A stretch of DNA of 32,000 nucleotides from Caedimonas varicaedens (lineage in GTDB: Bacteria; Pseudomonadota; Alphaproteobacteria; Caedimonadales; Caedimonadaceae): the NCBI GenBank assembly GCA_001192655.1, contig BBVC01000007.1, positions 25,770 through 57,769 of the forward strand. The letters run 5' to 3'. The position numbers and the translations under genes are program-made. Shown here one piece after another: positions 8,585 to 20,454 of the stretch (the first letter of the stretch is position 1; every line of letters begins with the position of its first letter). Under the pieces are notes generated by a model that was given only the letters and a program-made list of their open reading frames with translations, was not told where the DNA came from and searched no databases.

Positions 8585-8613
8585 ACTCTAGAAAATGCAA
8601 ACCACTTTGTCAA
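8585..8613 (-). promoter_or_regulatory. Sigma70-type promoter of the riboswitch-transporter transcript
   Basis: The minus strand has TTGACA (8613..8608), a 17-nt spacer and TAGAGT (8590..8585). The predicted start is ~10 nt upstream of riboswitch P1. Confidence 0.5.
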
Positions 8614-8687
8614 AGAAAATTGTTGTTAGCGTGTGATACGACTGGATAGAATAGCGTCCTCGTTTAGGGAGACCCCTTCAAAAAAAC

Positions 8688-8726
8688 TTGACATATTTTG
8701 ACAAATATTATCAATTGTAACATATT
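8688..8726 (+). promoter_or_regulatory. Putative lysR promoter/operator: tandem TTGACA hexamers and dyad ATATTT-N4-AAATAT
   Basis: TTGACA at 8688-8693 and again at 8698-8703. The second is followed 17 nt later by CATATT (8721-8726). The dyad ATATTT TGAC AAATAT at 8693..8708 could be an LTTR-type autoregulatory box. Confidence 0.25.
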
Positions 8727-8759
8727 TCTGTATGTCAATTATATTAGGAGAGAATCAAA

Positions 8760-9605
8760 ATGAATCTGGAGTGGGATCGTCTCAAGATTTTTTATTACGT
8801 TGCCAAAGAAAAAAGTATTACGCGGGCGGCACAGCATCTTTGCATGCTCCAACCCTCGGTCACGCGCAATATCCAGCAACTGGAGCATCAGGCTAAATCA
8901 AAACTGCTTATCCGCCATCCCCGAGGTCTTATTTTGACCAAACAGGGTGAGATACTTTTTGAACACGTCAGCAACATGATGACTGAACTTGAATTGGCTA
9001 ATAATAAGATTTCAGGGACAGCAGAAGACGTGAGCGGAACATTGAAAGTAACAACAACACATGCCTACGCTTCTACTGTCCTATTTCCTCATATCTGTAA
9101 TTTCCAAAAACTTTATCCTGACATTAAAATTCACCTGATTTGCAATGATACTGATCTTGATTTGATAACCAGAGAAGCCGATGCCGCTATTCGTCCCTAT
9201 GATGCAAATACAACTGAACTAGAACAAGTCTTTCTTCACGAAAGAAAATTCCAATTGTTTGCAAGTAAGAATTATTTGGATCAGATGGGAATTCCCTTTG
9301 CGTTAGAGGATTTAGATCAACATAAACTCATAGCCTATTATCCGCCTTACCCGTCTATTCAAAATCCTCAAAATGTTCAGTGGGTTTTAACTTTAGGCAT
9401 GCCGAGTGATCAACGAAGAGAACCTTTCATGATCGTGAACTCAGCGGAATGTATGGCACAGGCAGCAGAAGCAGGACTTGGAATTATCGCTTTATCAAAT
9501 GATTCATTACTGATAGAAAAATATAACCTGACCCGAGTTCTGCCAGATATAGAAGCCCCCCTCATAAAGGGTATTATGTTTACCCAAAATCGGTTTCAAA
9601 CTTAA
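8760..9605 (+). CDS. LysR-family transcriptional regulator (C-terminus apparently frameshifted; the conserved tail continues in another frame to 9667)
   Basis: N-terminal wHTH WDRLKIFYYVAKEKSITRAAQHLCMLQPSVTRNIQQLE, followed by a substrate-binding fold. The typical LTTR end YYVYPKSVSNLKIITLFGNYLQKVL is encoded in the -1 frame after the C6 run at 9556-9561. Confidence 0.8.
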   Translation: MNLEWDRLKIFYYVAKEKSITRAAQHLCMLQPSVTRNIQQLEHQAKSKLLIRHPRGLILTKQGEILFEHVSNMMTELELANNKISGTAEDVSGTLKVTTTHAYASTVLFPHICNFQKLYPDIKIHLICNDTDLDLITREADAAIRPYDANTTELEQVFLHERKFQLFASKNYLDQMGIPFALEDLDQHKLIAYYPPYPSIQNPQNVQWVLTLGMPSDQRREPFMIVNSAECMAQAAEAGLGIIALSNDSLLIEKYNLTRVLPDIEAPLIKGIMFTQNRFQT

Positions 9606-9827
9606 AAATCATCACTCTGTTCGGAAATTACTTGCAAAAAGTTTTAAGGAATGGATTTTTAGATTAGGGGTACCACCAAGGTCTGCTCACTGCTGAACCC
9701 GTCTTAACGACTTTCATTTTTGCTCTCCTTTGTTTAAGTTCTTAAAATACAACAACTTAACTGTATGGCAAAAACATCCAGATGGCAAGAGGGAAGAAAA
9801 TTTTATATAGGTGACTGAAGAGGGGAT

Positions 9828-10694
9828 TTATGGCTCGTTTTTCTCTCCAGAGCTTGAAATCGTTTGAGTACAGGCGAGAGATGCTTCTTCCAAAAGTTCT
9901 TTGACGATCAAATCTTTTAATTTGGCATTGGATGCCAGAATGCTTCCTGTTTCAAAAAAAGAACCCTTGCCTGTGAGTTCCGTAACATATCCCCCTGCTT
10001 CCCGAACAAGGATCAGTCCAGCAGCAATATCCCAGGGAGCCAGTCCGTAAGCAAAAAAGCCGTCGAAACGCCCTGCGGCGACATAACATAAATCAAGCGC
10101 CGCGGCGCCATACTGACGGATGCCTGCTGTTTTTTTTCCCAGGTTCATGGTTTGCTGAAATAGCTGATCGGTCGTCTTGGAAACGCTTTTGTTAGCAACT
10201 CTTGTTGTTGCCAGAAGAGCATCTTCAAGATAGGGACGTGCAGAAACTCTTATGCGCCGTTCATTCATAAAAGCGCCTTTTCCTTTTTCAGCATGAAAAA
10301 TTTCATTTTTTATAGGATCGTAAACGACGCCTGCCAAAATCTCGTTATCAAATTCAAGACCAATAGAGATACAAAAATGAGGAATGGCATGAAGAAAATT
10401 GGTTGTTCCGTCCAGAGGGTCAATGATCCAGCGATGACGTTTGTCGTGCCCGAGGACTTCGCCTGATTCTTCCATCAGAAATCCAAAATCAGGACGTGAT
10501 TTTTGGAGTTCCTGATAAATAATTTTTTCGGCACGATGATCTGCTGCTGACACAAAATTTCCAGGTCCCTTGCGGGAAACTTGCAAATTTTCTACTTCAT
10601 TAAAATCACGTGTAAGTCCCCTGGCTGCTTTCATGGCGGCTGAGGCCATAATATTAATGAGAGCAGAACCTGTTCGTACGCATGTTTGCAGCAT
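9828..10694 (-). CDS. suhB: Inositol monophosphatase family protein (SuhB)
   Basis: WIIDPLDGTTNF motif, and SALINIMASAAMKAARGLTRDFNEVENLQVSRKGPGNFVSAADH matches the SuhB N-terminus. The start is set at the ATG at 10694 (MLQTCVRTGSALINIM). The 355-aa track ORF runs back into efp and is an upstream extension. Confidence 0.85.
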   Translation of the reverse strand: MLQTCVRTGSALINIMASAAMKAARGLTRDFNEVENLQVSRKGPGNFVSAADHRAEKIIYQELQKSRPDFGFLMEESGEVLGHDKRHRWIIDPLDGTTNFLHAIPHFCISIGLEFDNEILAGVVYDPIKNEIFHAEKGKGAFMNERRIRVSARPYLEDALLATTRVANKSVSKTTDQLFQQTMNLGKKTAGIRQYGAAALDLCYVAAGRFDGFFAYGLAPWDIAAGLILVREAGGYVTELTGKGSFFETGSILASNAKLKDLIVKELLEEASLACTQTISSSGEKNEP

Positions 10695-10728
10695 TATTTC
10701 AATCCTAACGAAATTTCTTTTGACGCGG

Positions 10729-11295
10729 TTAATCTTTTGCCCGCTCGACATAGGTATTATCAGCGGTATTAACCACGATTCTTGTGCCTGAGTCAATATG
10801 AGGGGGAACCATAACCCGTAATCCATTTTCCAAAATGGCAGGTTTATAGGAACCAGAGGCTGTTTGACCCTTGACGACAGGTTCAGCTTCGACAATTTTT
10901 ATAGTCACAGTATCTGGCAGTTTGACGCCAACGATATCCCCTTCATAGGTGGAAACTGTCACCATCATGCCATCTTCGAGATAAACAGTCGAGTCTCCTG
11001 CCAAAGAGCGTGGAATGGTAATTTGTTCAAATGTTTCTTGATCCATAAAGGTCAAGTCATCTCCTTCCTCATAAAGGAACTGAAATTCTTTTTCATCCAG
11101 ACGGACGCGCTCAACAGATTCGCTTGAGCGGAAGCGCTCATTCAATTTCGTTCCACTGCGAATATCTTTAAGCTCAACTTGAAGGTAGGCACCGCCCTTG
11201 CCGGGCTGGGTATGCTGGGTTTTCGTTGCCAGCCACAAGCGCTTGTTATGTTCAATAATAAAGCCGGGTCGAATCTCGTTACCATTGATTTTCAT
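10729..11295 (-). CDS. efp: Translation elongation factor P
   Basis: 188 aa. [21 protein letters not shown]...[32 protein letters not shown] is a canonical EF-P. Confidence 0.95.
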   Translation of the reverse strand: MKINGNEIRPGFIIEHNKRLWLATKTQHTQPGKGGAYLQVELKDIRSGTKLNERFRSSESVERVRLDEKEFQFLYEEGDDLTFMDQETFEQITIPRSLAGDSTVYLEDGMMVTVSTYEGDIVGVKLPDTVTIKIVEAEPVVKGQTASGSYKPAILENGLRVMVPPHIDSGTRIVVNTADNTYVERAKD

Positions 11296-11503
11296 GGTGT
11301 ATCCTTATTTCCTTGTCCATCCACATTAACGGGGAGTGTAAGGCATTTTGGATAAAAATAAAATGCCAAACAAACAATCACGAGAAAAGCGTCTCAGTCT
11401 CCAGCAGTTTTTTAATGTAATTTCTGCAATAAACGTGTGGATTTTTTTGAGATACTTGCTTAGAATGCGTTAAGTTCAGGAAAAGTGAAGGAACAAATCT
11501 GCT

Positions 11504-11923
11504 ATGACAACAGTCTTGCTTACGATCCACATTATCATCGCTATTGCCTTGGTGGGCATTATCCTCATTCAAAAAAATGAAGGCGGAGGTCTGGGAATAG
11601 GCGGCGGTGGGGGAACAATGGGTGGATTGATGTCAGCGCGGGGTACGGCTAATCTATTGACGCATGTGACAGCTGTTTTGGCAACGTTGTTCTTTTTATC
11701 AACATTGGGACTTGCCATTGTTTTTAAGGGGGGCAATAAACCCAAATCGATTCTTGATGTGCCTGCAACAACAGCTCCTGTTGTTCCTGGGGGGAGTCCC
11801 AAACAGCCGGTAGAAGCTTCAGTTCCTCCTTCACCTATAGTTGCTGCGCCGCCCGTGGAAGAAAAAGCAAAAACAGCGGTGCCTGAAAAACCTTCAACGC
11901 CTTCTGACAAGGCAACTAAATAG
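11504..11923 (+). CDS. secG: Preprotein translocase subunit SecG with a Pro/Ala-rich C-terminal extension
   Basis: [31 protein letters not shown] matches the SecG signature, and there is a second TM ([23 protein letters not shown]). Its position immediately upstream of pyrG is typical for Alphaproteobacteria. Confidence 0.85.
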   Translation: MTTVLLTIHIIIAIALVGIILIQKNEGGGLGIGGGGGTMGGLMSARGTANLLTHVTAVLATLFFLSTLGLAIVFKGGNKPKSILDVPATTAPVVPGGSPKQPVEASVPPSPIVAAPPVEEKAKTAVPEKPSTPSDKATK

Positions 11924-11930
11924 TTTAGGA

Positions 11931-13586
11931 ATGACACAATATATTTTTGTTACAGGTGGTGTGGTTTCTTCCTTGGGGAAGGGGCTTGCCGCTTCTTCTT
12001 TGGCGGCAGTTCTTCAGGCGCGTGGCTATAAAGTCAGACTGCGCAAATTTGATCCTTATTTAAATGTAGACCCTGGCACAATGAGCCCCTATCAGCATGG
12101 TGAGGTCTATGTCACCGAGGATGGCGCCGAAGCAGATCTCGATCTTGGACATTATGAGCGATTTACAGGGATTAATTGTCGTCGAAGCGATGCTATTACT
12201 ACAGGCCAGATTTATTCCCAGGTGATTGCCAAAGAGCGTCGGGGTGATTATTTGGGTGCTACGGTTCAAGTCATTCCTCATATCACGGATGCCATAAAGG
12301 ATTATATCCGGGCTGATTTAGAGCCGGATTTGGACTTTTTGATTTGTGAGGTCGGGGGAACTGTGGGGGATATTGAAAGTCTTCCCTATCTTGAGGCATT
12401 TCGGCAATTTGCCAATGAAGAGGGGCATAAAAATGCACTCTTTATTCATTTGACGCTTGTTCCCTATATTGCAAGCGCTGGTGAACTGAAAACAAAACCG
12501 TCCCAGCATTCGGTCAAGGAACTTCTTCATGTAGGGATACAGCCTGATATCCTCTTGTGTCGCTGTGATCGTCCTATCCCCCAGGATTCCAAGGATAAAC
12601 TTGCGCTTTTCTGCAATATCAAGCCTGAATGTGTTATTGAAGCCCTTGATGTAGATACAATTTATCAAGTACCTCTGAGCTATTTTGAGGCTGAGCTTGA
12701 TATCCAGGTTTTAAGACATTTTGGTTTGGAGATCAAAAACAAGCCAGACCTTCGTTGCTGGCATTCCATTGTAGACCATATCCGTCATCCCCATGAGAAA
12801 GTTACCATTGCTGTTGTTGGAAAGTATACTTCTCTCAAGGATGCTTATAAATCTTTGATTGAGGCGCTTTATCATGGGGGAATCTCTCAGGATGCACGTA
12901 TCAACATAGATTGGGTTGATGCGGAAACGCTTGAGCAAAAGGGAATTGCGTTACCGGTTGAAAAGATTAAGGAGCGTTTAAAAAATGCTCATGGTATTCT
13001 CGTTCCCGGAGGTTATGGAGTACGGGGAACAGAAGGTATGATGGCCGCTATCGCATATGCTCGCACCCATAAAATTCCCTATATGGGTATTTGTTTTGGG
13101 ATGCAATTGGCCGTCATTGAAATTGCTCGTTCTCTGGGGGGGATCGCAGGGGCAAGTAGTAGTGAGTTTGGGCTTACGTCTTGTCCTCTTGTGGGACTTT
13201 TAACCGAATGGCAAAAGAGTGGGGGTCTTCAGGAACGGCGCACGGCCGGGGGAGATTTGGGTGGAACAATGCGGTTGGGAGCCTATAAATGTCATCTTAA
13301 ACCCCACACGCTTGCCTATAAAATTTATGGACAGGAAGTTGTTTCTGAACGTCATCGTCATCGTTATGAAGTGAACATTGATTATCGTTCACCACTTGAA
13401 GAAGCAGGGCTTATATTTTCAGGCGTTTCGCCAGACCAGCTTTTGCCAGAAATGGTAGAATTGAAAGATCATCCCTGGTTCCTGGGAATGCAGTTTCATC
13501 CTGAGCTGAAATCGCGGCCTTTTGAACCGCACCCTGTGTTTAGCGCTTTTATTGCGGCGGCCGTAAAAAAGAAAGTGACTCCATGA
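11931..13586 (+). CDS. pyrG: CTP synthase
   Basis: [18 protein letters not shown] start, a GATase domain (GICFGMQ, HRHRYEV). The start is set at the ATG at 11931. The track ORF from 11841 overlaps the secG tail and is an upstream extension. Confidence 0.95.
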   Translation: MTQYIFVTGGVVSSLGKGLAASSLAAVLQARGYKVRLRKFDPYLNVDPGTMSPYQHGEVYVTEDGAEADLDLGHYERFTGINCRRSDAITTGQIYSQVIAKERRGDYLGATVQVIPHITDAIKDYIRADLEPDLDFLICEVGGTVGDIESLPYLEAFRQFANEEGHKNALFIHLTLVPYIASAGELKTKPSQHSVKELLHVGIQPDILLCRCDRPIPQDSKDKLALFCNIKPECVIEALDVDTIYQVPLSYFEAELDIQVLRHFGLEIKNKPDLRCWHSIVDHIRHPHEKVTIAVVGKYTSLKDAYKSLIEALYHGGISQDARINIDWVDAETLEQKGIALPVEKIKERLKNAHGILVPGGYGVRGTEGMMAAIAYARTHKIPYMGICFGMQLAVIEIARSLGGIAGASSSEFGLTSCPLVGLLTEWQKSGGLQERRTAGGDLGGTMRLGAYKCHLKPHTLAYKIYGQEVVSERHRHRYEVNIDYRSPLEEAGLIFSGVSPDQLLPEMVELKDHPWFLGMQFHPELKSRPFEPHPVFSAFIAAAVKKKVTP

Positions 13587-14443
13587 TGCAACGTACTGTC
13601 AAAATTGGCGATTCTTCAGTTAAATCTGTTCAAATGAATAATGCCAGTCCTTTTGTCCTTATTGCGGGGCCTTGTGTTTTGGAAAGCCGTCATCATGCGC
13701 TGGAAATGTCTCAAGCGCTTAAGGAAATGACAGACAGACTGGGGATCGGCTTTATTTATAAAACATCCTTTGATAAGGCAAATCGTACAAGTGCTTTGGG
13801 TGAGCGAGGGATAGGGATAGAAAAAGGCCTTCCCATTCTGGCAGAAGTTCGCGAGAAATTTCGTTTCCCTGTGATTACGGATGTTCATGATACCCTACAA
13901 TGCGTCCCTGTTTCAGAAGTCGCAGATATTCTCCAGATTCCGGCTTTCTTGTGTCGTCAAACTGATCTTTTAAAAGCGGCGGCTCAGACAGGAAAAGCGC
14001 TTCACATTAAAAAAGGTCAATTCCTTGCACCATGGGATATGCGTAACGTTGTACAAAAGGTTGAATCTTTTGGGAGCCACCAGATTTTGCTTTGTGAGCG
14101 AGGTGTTTCTTTTGGTTACAATACGCTGGTTTCAGATATGCGTTCACTTCCTATTTTAAAAGAAACAGGATATCCTGTGATATTTGATGCGACTCATTCT
14201 GTCCAGCAACCTGGGGGACAAGGAACAAAAACAGGAGGGCAGCGAGAATATGTTGAGATTTTGGCGCGCGCTGCTGTTGCCGTGGGTGTAGCAGGTATTT
14301 TTATTGAAACGCACGAAAATCCTGATCATGCGCCAAGTGATGGACCTAATATGGTTCCACTCCACCATTTGGAAGGTTTGCTAAAGAATTTAATGGCTTT
14401 TGATCAGCTTTCCAAATCATTATCTATGTCTGCGGCCTCATAA
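13583..14443 (+). CDS. kdsA: 2-dehydro-3-deoxyphosphooctonate aldolase (KDO-8-phosphate synthase)
   Basis: 286 aa with [26 protein letters not shown] and [11 protein letters not shown] motifs. The start overlaps the pyrG stop (ATGA). Confidence 0.92.
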   Translation: MMQRTVKIGDSSVKSVQMNNASPFVLIAGPCVLESRHHALEMSQALKEMTDRLGIGFIYKTSFDKANRTSALGERGIGIEKGLPILAEVREKFRFPVITDVHDTLQCVPVSEVADILQIPAFLCRQTDLLKAAAQTGKALHIKKGQFLAPWDMRNVVQKVESFGSHQILLCERGVSFGYNTLVSDMRSLPILKETGYPVIFDATHSVQQPGGQGTKTGGQREYVEILARAAVAVGVAGIFIETHENPDHAPSDGPNMVPLHHLEGLLKNLMAFDQLSKSLSMSAAS

Positions 14444-14448
14444 CTTAA

Positions 14449-15732
<1,284 letters not shown>

Positions 15733-15825
15733 CAGAAATTAAATCTGGATTATTATTAATAGTTTTTTTACTGATAATCATGTAGTGTACCTTGGTATTT
15801 TTTATAGTTTATTGTCAGAAATTTT

Positions 15826-16140
15826 ATGTTGTTACGTGAGATCAAACGCCGTTCTAACAGATTCCTTGGACCTAGCGTCGCTATTTGCCTTGTCGCTTAC
15901 TTTGCTTATCATTTAGTTGAGGGGCGCAGGGGTTTGTTTGCCTGGCAGCATCTTGAAGTGCAATTGACGCGCGTCCAGGAACGTGTAACGGGACTTAAAA
16001 AAGAAGAACAGATCCTTGCTAATCGGGTTAATTTGTTACGTCCTGAAGCTGTTTGTACAGATTTGCTTGTCGAGCGTGCCAAGGAAGTTCTGGGGTATGT
16101 TCATCCCAATGAAGTTGTCATGATGACGGAAGAAAAATAA
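15826..16140 (+). CDS. ftsB: Cell division protein FtsB / septum formation initiator family
   Basis: 104 aa with one N-terminal TM followed by a coiled coil (LEVQLTRVQERVTGLKKEEQILANRVNLL). It sits directly after eno, as in many Alphaproteobacteria. Confidence 0.7.
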   Translation: MLLREIKRRSNRFLGPSVAICLVAYFAYHLVEGRRGLFAWQHLEVQLTRVQERVTGLKKEEQILANRVNLLRPEAVCTDLLVERAKEVLGYVHPNEVVMMTEEK

Positions 16141-16184
16141 TATCTTCATTGTACTTTTCCTTTGCCTTTCAAAACATGACTTTT

Positions 16185-16772
16185 TTAATTTTTCAGAGTT
16201 TTTTGAGCGAGCTGGAAGGAACGCATTTTTTGTGGTTTGATAAAGCGAAAATGATTTTGAAGGCGGTCAGATCCTTTTAAAGGTGTGTTCCTTTTGATTT
16301 TGGAAAATCGTGGAGATTGGGAAGCCCTTTTTTTAACGCTTATCTTATGTAAGGATCCTTGCTTCACGACTCTGTTAGAAAAACTCTTATCAGGAGAGCG
16401 TACATGAATAATCCGAAATTTTGGAGCACGAAACTGGGGATTATCTTCTGTATCATCAGTAAATCGAAAATAATCTCGTTCAACCCAATTGCCAGCACTC
16501 TTTTTCTTTTCTTCCCGCCACATTCTATCGACCTTATCACGATAGGGAATATGATGTTGGGGCAAGGCAGAATGATAGTGAGCAATAGCGTTTGACCAGC
16601 TTGCATGCTTTTTTTTCAAGTCAGTAAGAAATCTTGCCGCATATTCAATATTTTTTTGTGGATCAAAAGCCTGATCCAGGGATGAAAACGCTTGAGGATG
16701 ATGTAAAAGATTCACTTGCATTAAACCCACATCAATATTTTTGATGCCTTTGGCTTTTAAGGCACGGACGGC
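16185..16772 (-). pseudogene. Lytic transglycosylase (SLT domain) gene, C-terminal fragment, separated from its N-terminal part by IS21
   Basis: VRALKAKGIKNIDVGLMQVNLLHHPQAFSSLDQAFDPQKNIEYAARFL is the second half of an SLT domain. The first 21 residues of track ORF 16185..16832 are encoded by the IS21 left end. Confidence 0.8.
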
Positions 16773-16861
16773 TGTTAGCGCCGGAGGTAAAATGATACAG
16801 ATCATCGGTTGAATTTTGATACACCCACGCATTAACTCCTTTTCAAAGGAGTTTAGGAATA

Positions 16862-18696
<1,835 letters not shown>

Positions 18697-18779
18697 ACCC
18701 TTATTTTTTTATCTCAGGTGTATCAATTTTCATCCGAGGATTTTTAAAAATCTGTATCAAATTTCAGCCGATGTTGACA

Positions 18780-19058
18780 GGCTGCAACAGCTTCTTGTTT
18801 TGTCTTGAAGAACTGGCCTTCTCCTTCGGCATGAATAACCCAGGGCCAGGATATAATTTTTCGATGTCTTTTATGATAGCGTCCAGATTCCACTTTTGAG
18901 ATAGCAGAAAGCAGACCTTTGGGGATCCTGTGTTTCTGTTCAGTTGTCGTCATATGTTTTGCAAAGGAATCACGAACAGGCTGATAGCTGTGCGCATTAA
19001 TTCCTGCGACGAGTATAAAGCCGATAACATAAAAAATCGCTTTGTGTAGCATGTTCAT
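18780..19058 (-). pseudogene. Lytic transglycosylase (SLT domain) gene, N-terminal fragment with signal peptide
   Basis: MNMLHKAIFYVIGFILVAGINA signal peptide, and IPKGLLSAISKVESGR (catalytic Glu motif) ...WPWVIHAEGEGQFFKTKQEAVAA. The last 11 residues of track ORF 18744..19058 are encoded by the IS21 right end. Confidence 0.8.
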
Positions 19059-19230
19059 CTTTCAGAAAAAGAAAGTTTTTCAAGAATCTTGTTTGTTCAG
19101 ATAACCCGCATTTTGAAATCCTCTGAGTATATTTCCCTAAATATAATTATCTTTCAATGAAATCCTTAAAAGTCTCTTAATATATTTGTCTTATGATCAG
19201 AAGGAAGAGTGAGAACAAAGGGAGGCGGCC

Positions 19231-19413
19231 ATGAAATTAAATCATCGTCAGAAATATCGGTTACTTTGGGTGGGGGTAGGGCTGGGAGCCGTTCTCTTGG
19301 TTTCTGCCATGATTCTGATGCAAATCACAAGCTTCAGGAAACACATTCCTCTCTCCTATGGAACAGAACCTTACTCCCAGAATCCAGTTTCTGACGAAAT
19401 CTGTCAAAATTAA
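19231..19413 (+). CDS. Small hypothetical single-pass membrane protein (60 aa)
   Basis: Strong SD (AAGGGAGG, 7 nt upstream of the ATG). One TM (LLWVGVGLGAVLLVSAMILM). No recognisable family. Confidence 0.4.
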   Translation: MKLNHRQKYRLLWVGVGLGAVLLVSAMILMQITSFRKHIPLSYGTEPYSQNPVSDEICQN

Positions 19414-19446
19414 AAGAGTTGCCCTCTCAAATCTTTCGTCATTTTT

Positions 19447-20454
19447 CTATAGAAATTTCCCCATGATCAGGGCTGTATCTGACATACGATTAGAAAATCC
19501 CCATTCGTTATCATACCATGAAAGAATGCGGCAGAACCGACCTTCAATAACCTGTGTTTGAGAGAGATCAAATACGGAACTTAAGGGGTTATGGTTAAAA
19601 TCACAAGAGACCAATGGTTCATTAACAGTTCCTAAAACTCCTTTAAGCTCATTTGCTTCTGCTTTTTGAATGGCATCGTTAATTTCTTCGCGTGTTGTGG
19701 ATTTTTTAGCCACAAATTTAAAATCAATGAGGGAAACATTGGGTGTTGGAACTCGGATAGCTGTTCCATCCAATTTGCCTTTCAATTCAGGTAAAACCAG
19801 CCCAACGGCACGTGCAGCGCCTGTAGAGGTTGGAATCATGGACAAGGCTGCGCTGCGGGCGCGACGGGGATCTTTATGAAAAGTATCAACAAGTCTCTGG
19901 TCGCCAGTATATGCATGAATCGTGGTCATATAGCCATGATCGATTCCCAAAGCCTTATGCAGGACAAAGGCAACAGGCGCAAGGCAGTTTGTGGTGCAGG
20001 AAGCATTTGAAACAACGATGTGATCCCGGGTGAGTGTTTGATGATTGACACCAAATACGACCGTATGATCCACATCATCAGCAGGGGCGGAAATAAGAAC
20101 GCGTTTTGCACCTGCTGTTAAGTGCTTGGCTGCTGTCTCGCGGGAGGTAAATCTGCCCGAACACTCCATGACCAAATCAATATTTAATTCTCTCCATGGA
20201 AGTTTCTCGGGGTGAGGTTCAGCCAAGACTTGAATAGGTCCTAATCCTGCATCAAGTATTTTCCCTGATGTTTTGATGGGAAAAGGGGCGGGGCCATGAA
20301 CGGAGTCATAGCGCAGCAAATAGGCATTGTCTTCAATATCTGCCAGGTCATTAATGGCAACGATTTGAAGATCCTGACGCTTTTGTTCAGCGATTGCGCG
20401 CAAAACAAGTCGTCCGATACGGCCAAATCCATTGATAGCAACTTTTAAAGTCAT
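19447..20454 (-). CDS. gap: Glyceraldehyde-3-phosphate dehydrogenase
   Basis: 335 aa with INGFGRIGR, the SNASCTTNCLAP active site and WYDNEWGFS. The start overlaps the tkt stop (ATGA). Confidence 0.96.
   Translation of the reverse strand: MTLKVAINGFGRIGRLVLRAIAEQKRQDLQIVAINDLADIEDNAYLLRYDSVHGPAPFPIKTSGKILDAGLGPIQVLAEPHPEKLPWRELNIDLVMECSGRFTSRETAAKHLTAGAKRVLISAPADDVDHTVVFGVNHQTLTRDHIVVSNASCTTNCLAPVAFVLHKALGIDHGYMTTIHAYTGDQRLVDTFHKDPRRARSAALSMIPTSTGAARAVGLVLPELKGKLDGTAIRVPTPNVSLIDFKFVAKKSTTREEINDAIQKAEANELKGVLGTVNEPLVSCDFNHNPLSSVFDLSQTQVIEGRFCRILSWYDNEWGFSNRMSDTALIMGKFL

Noticed and set aside
9828-10895. 355-aa version of the suhB ORF, and similar long versions of pyrG (from 11841), the exported protein (to 30149) and the ferritin-like gene (to 31195)
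   Set aside because: The upstream extensions overlap neighbouring genes or lack an SD. The conserved protein N-termini begin at internal ATGs (10694, 11931, 30017, 31132), several with clear SD sequences.
19231-19413. Interpretation of the 60-aa ORF as a truncated ccmE
   Set aside because: The resemblance is limited to a basic N-terminus plus one TM helix, which is generic. The haem-binding domain is absent. It is kept only as a low-confidence hypothetical small protein.
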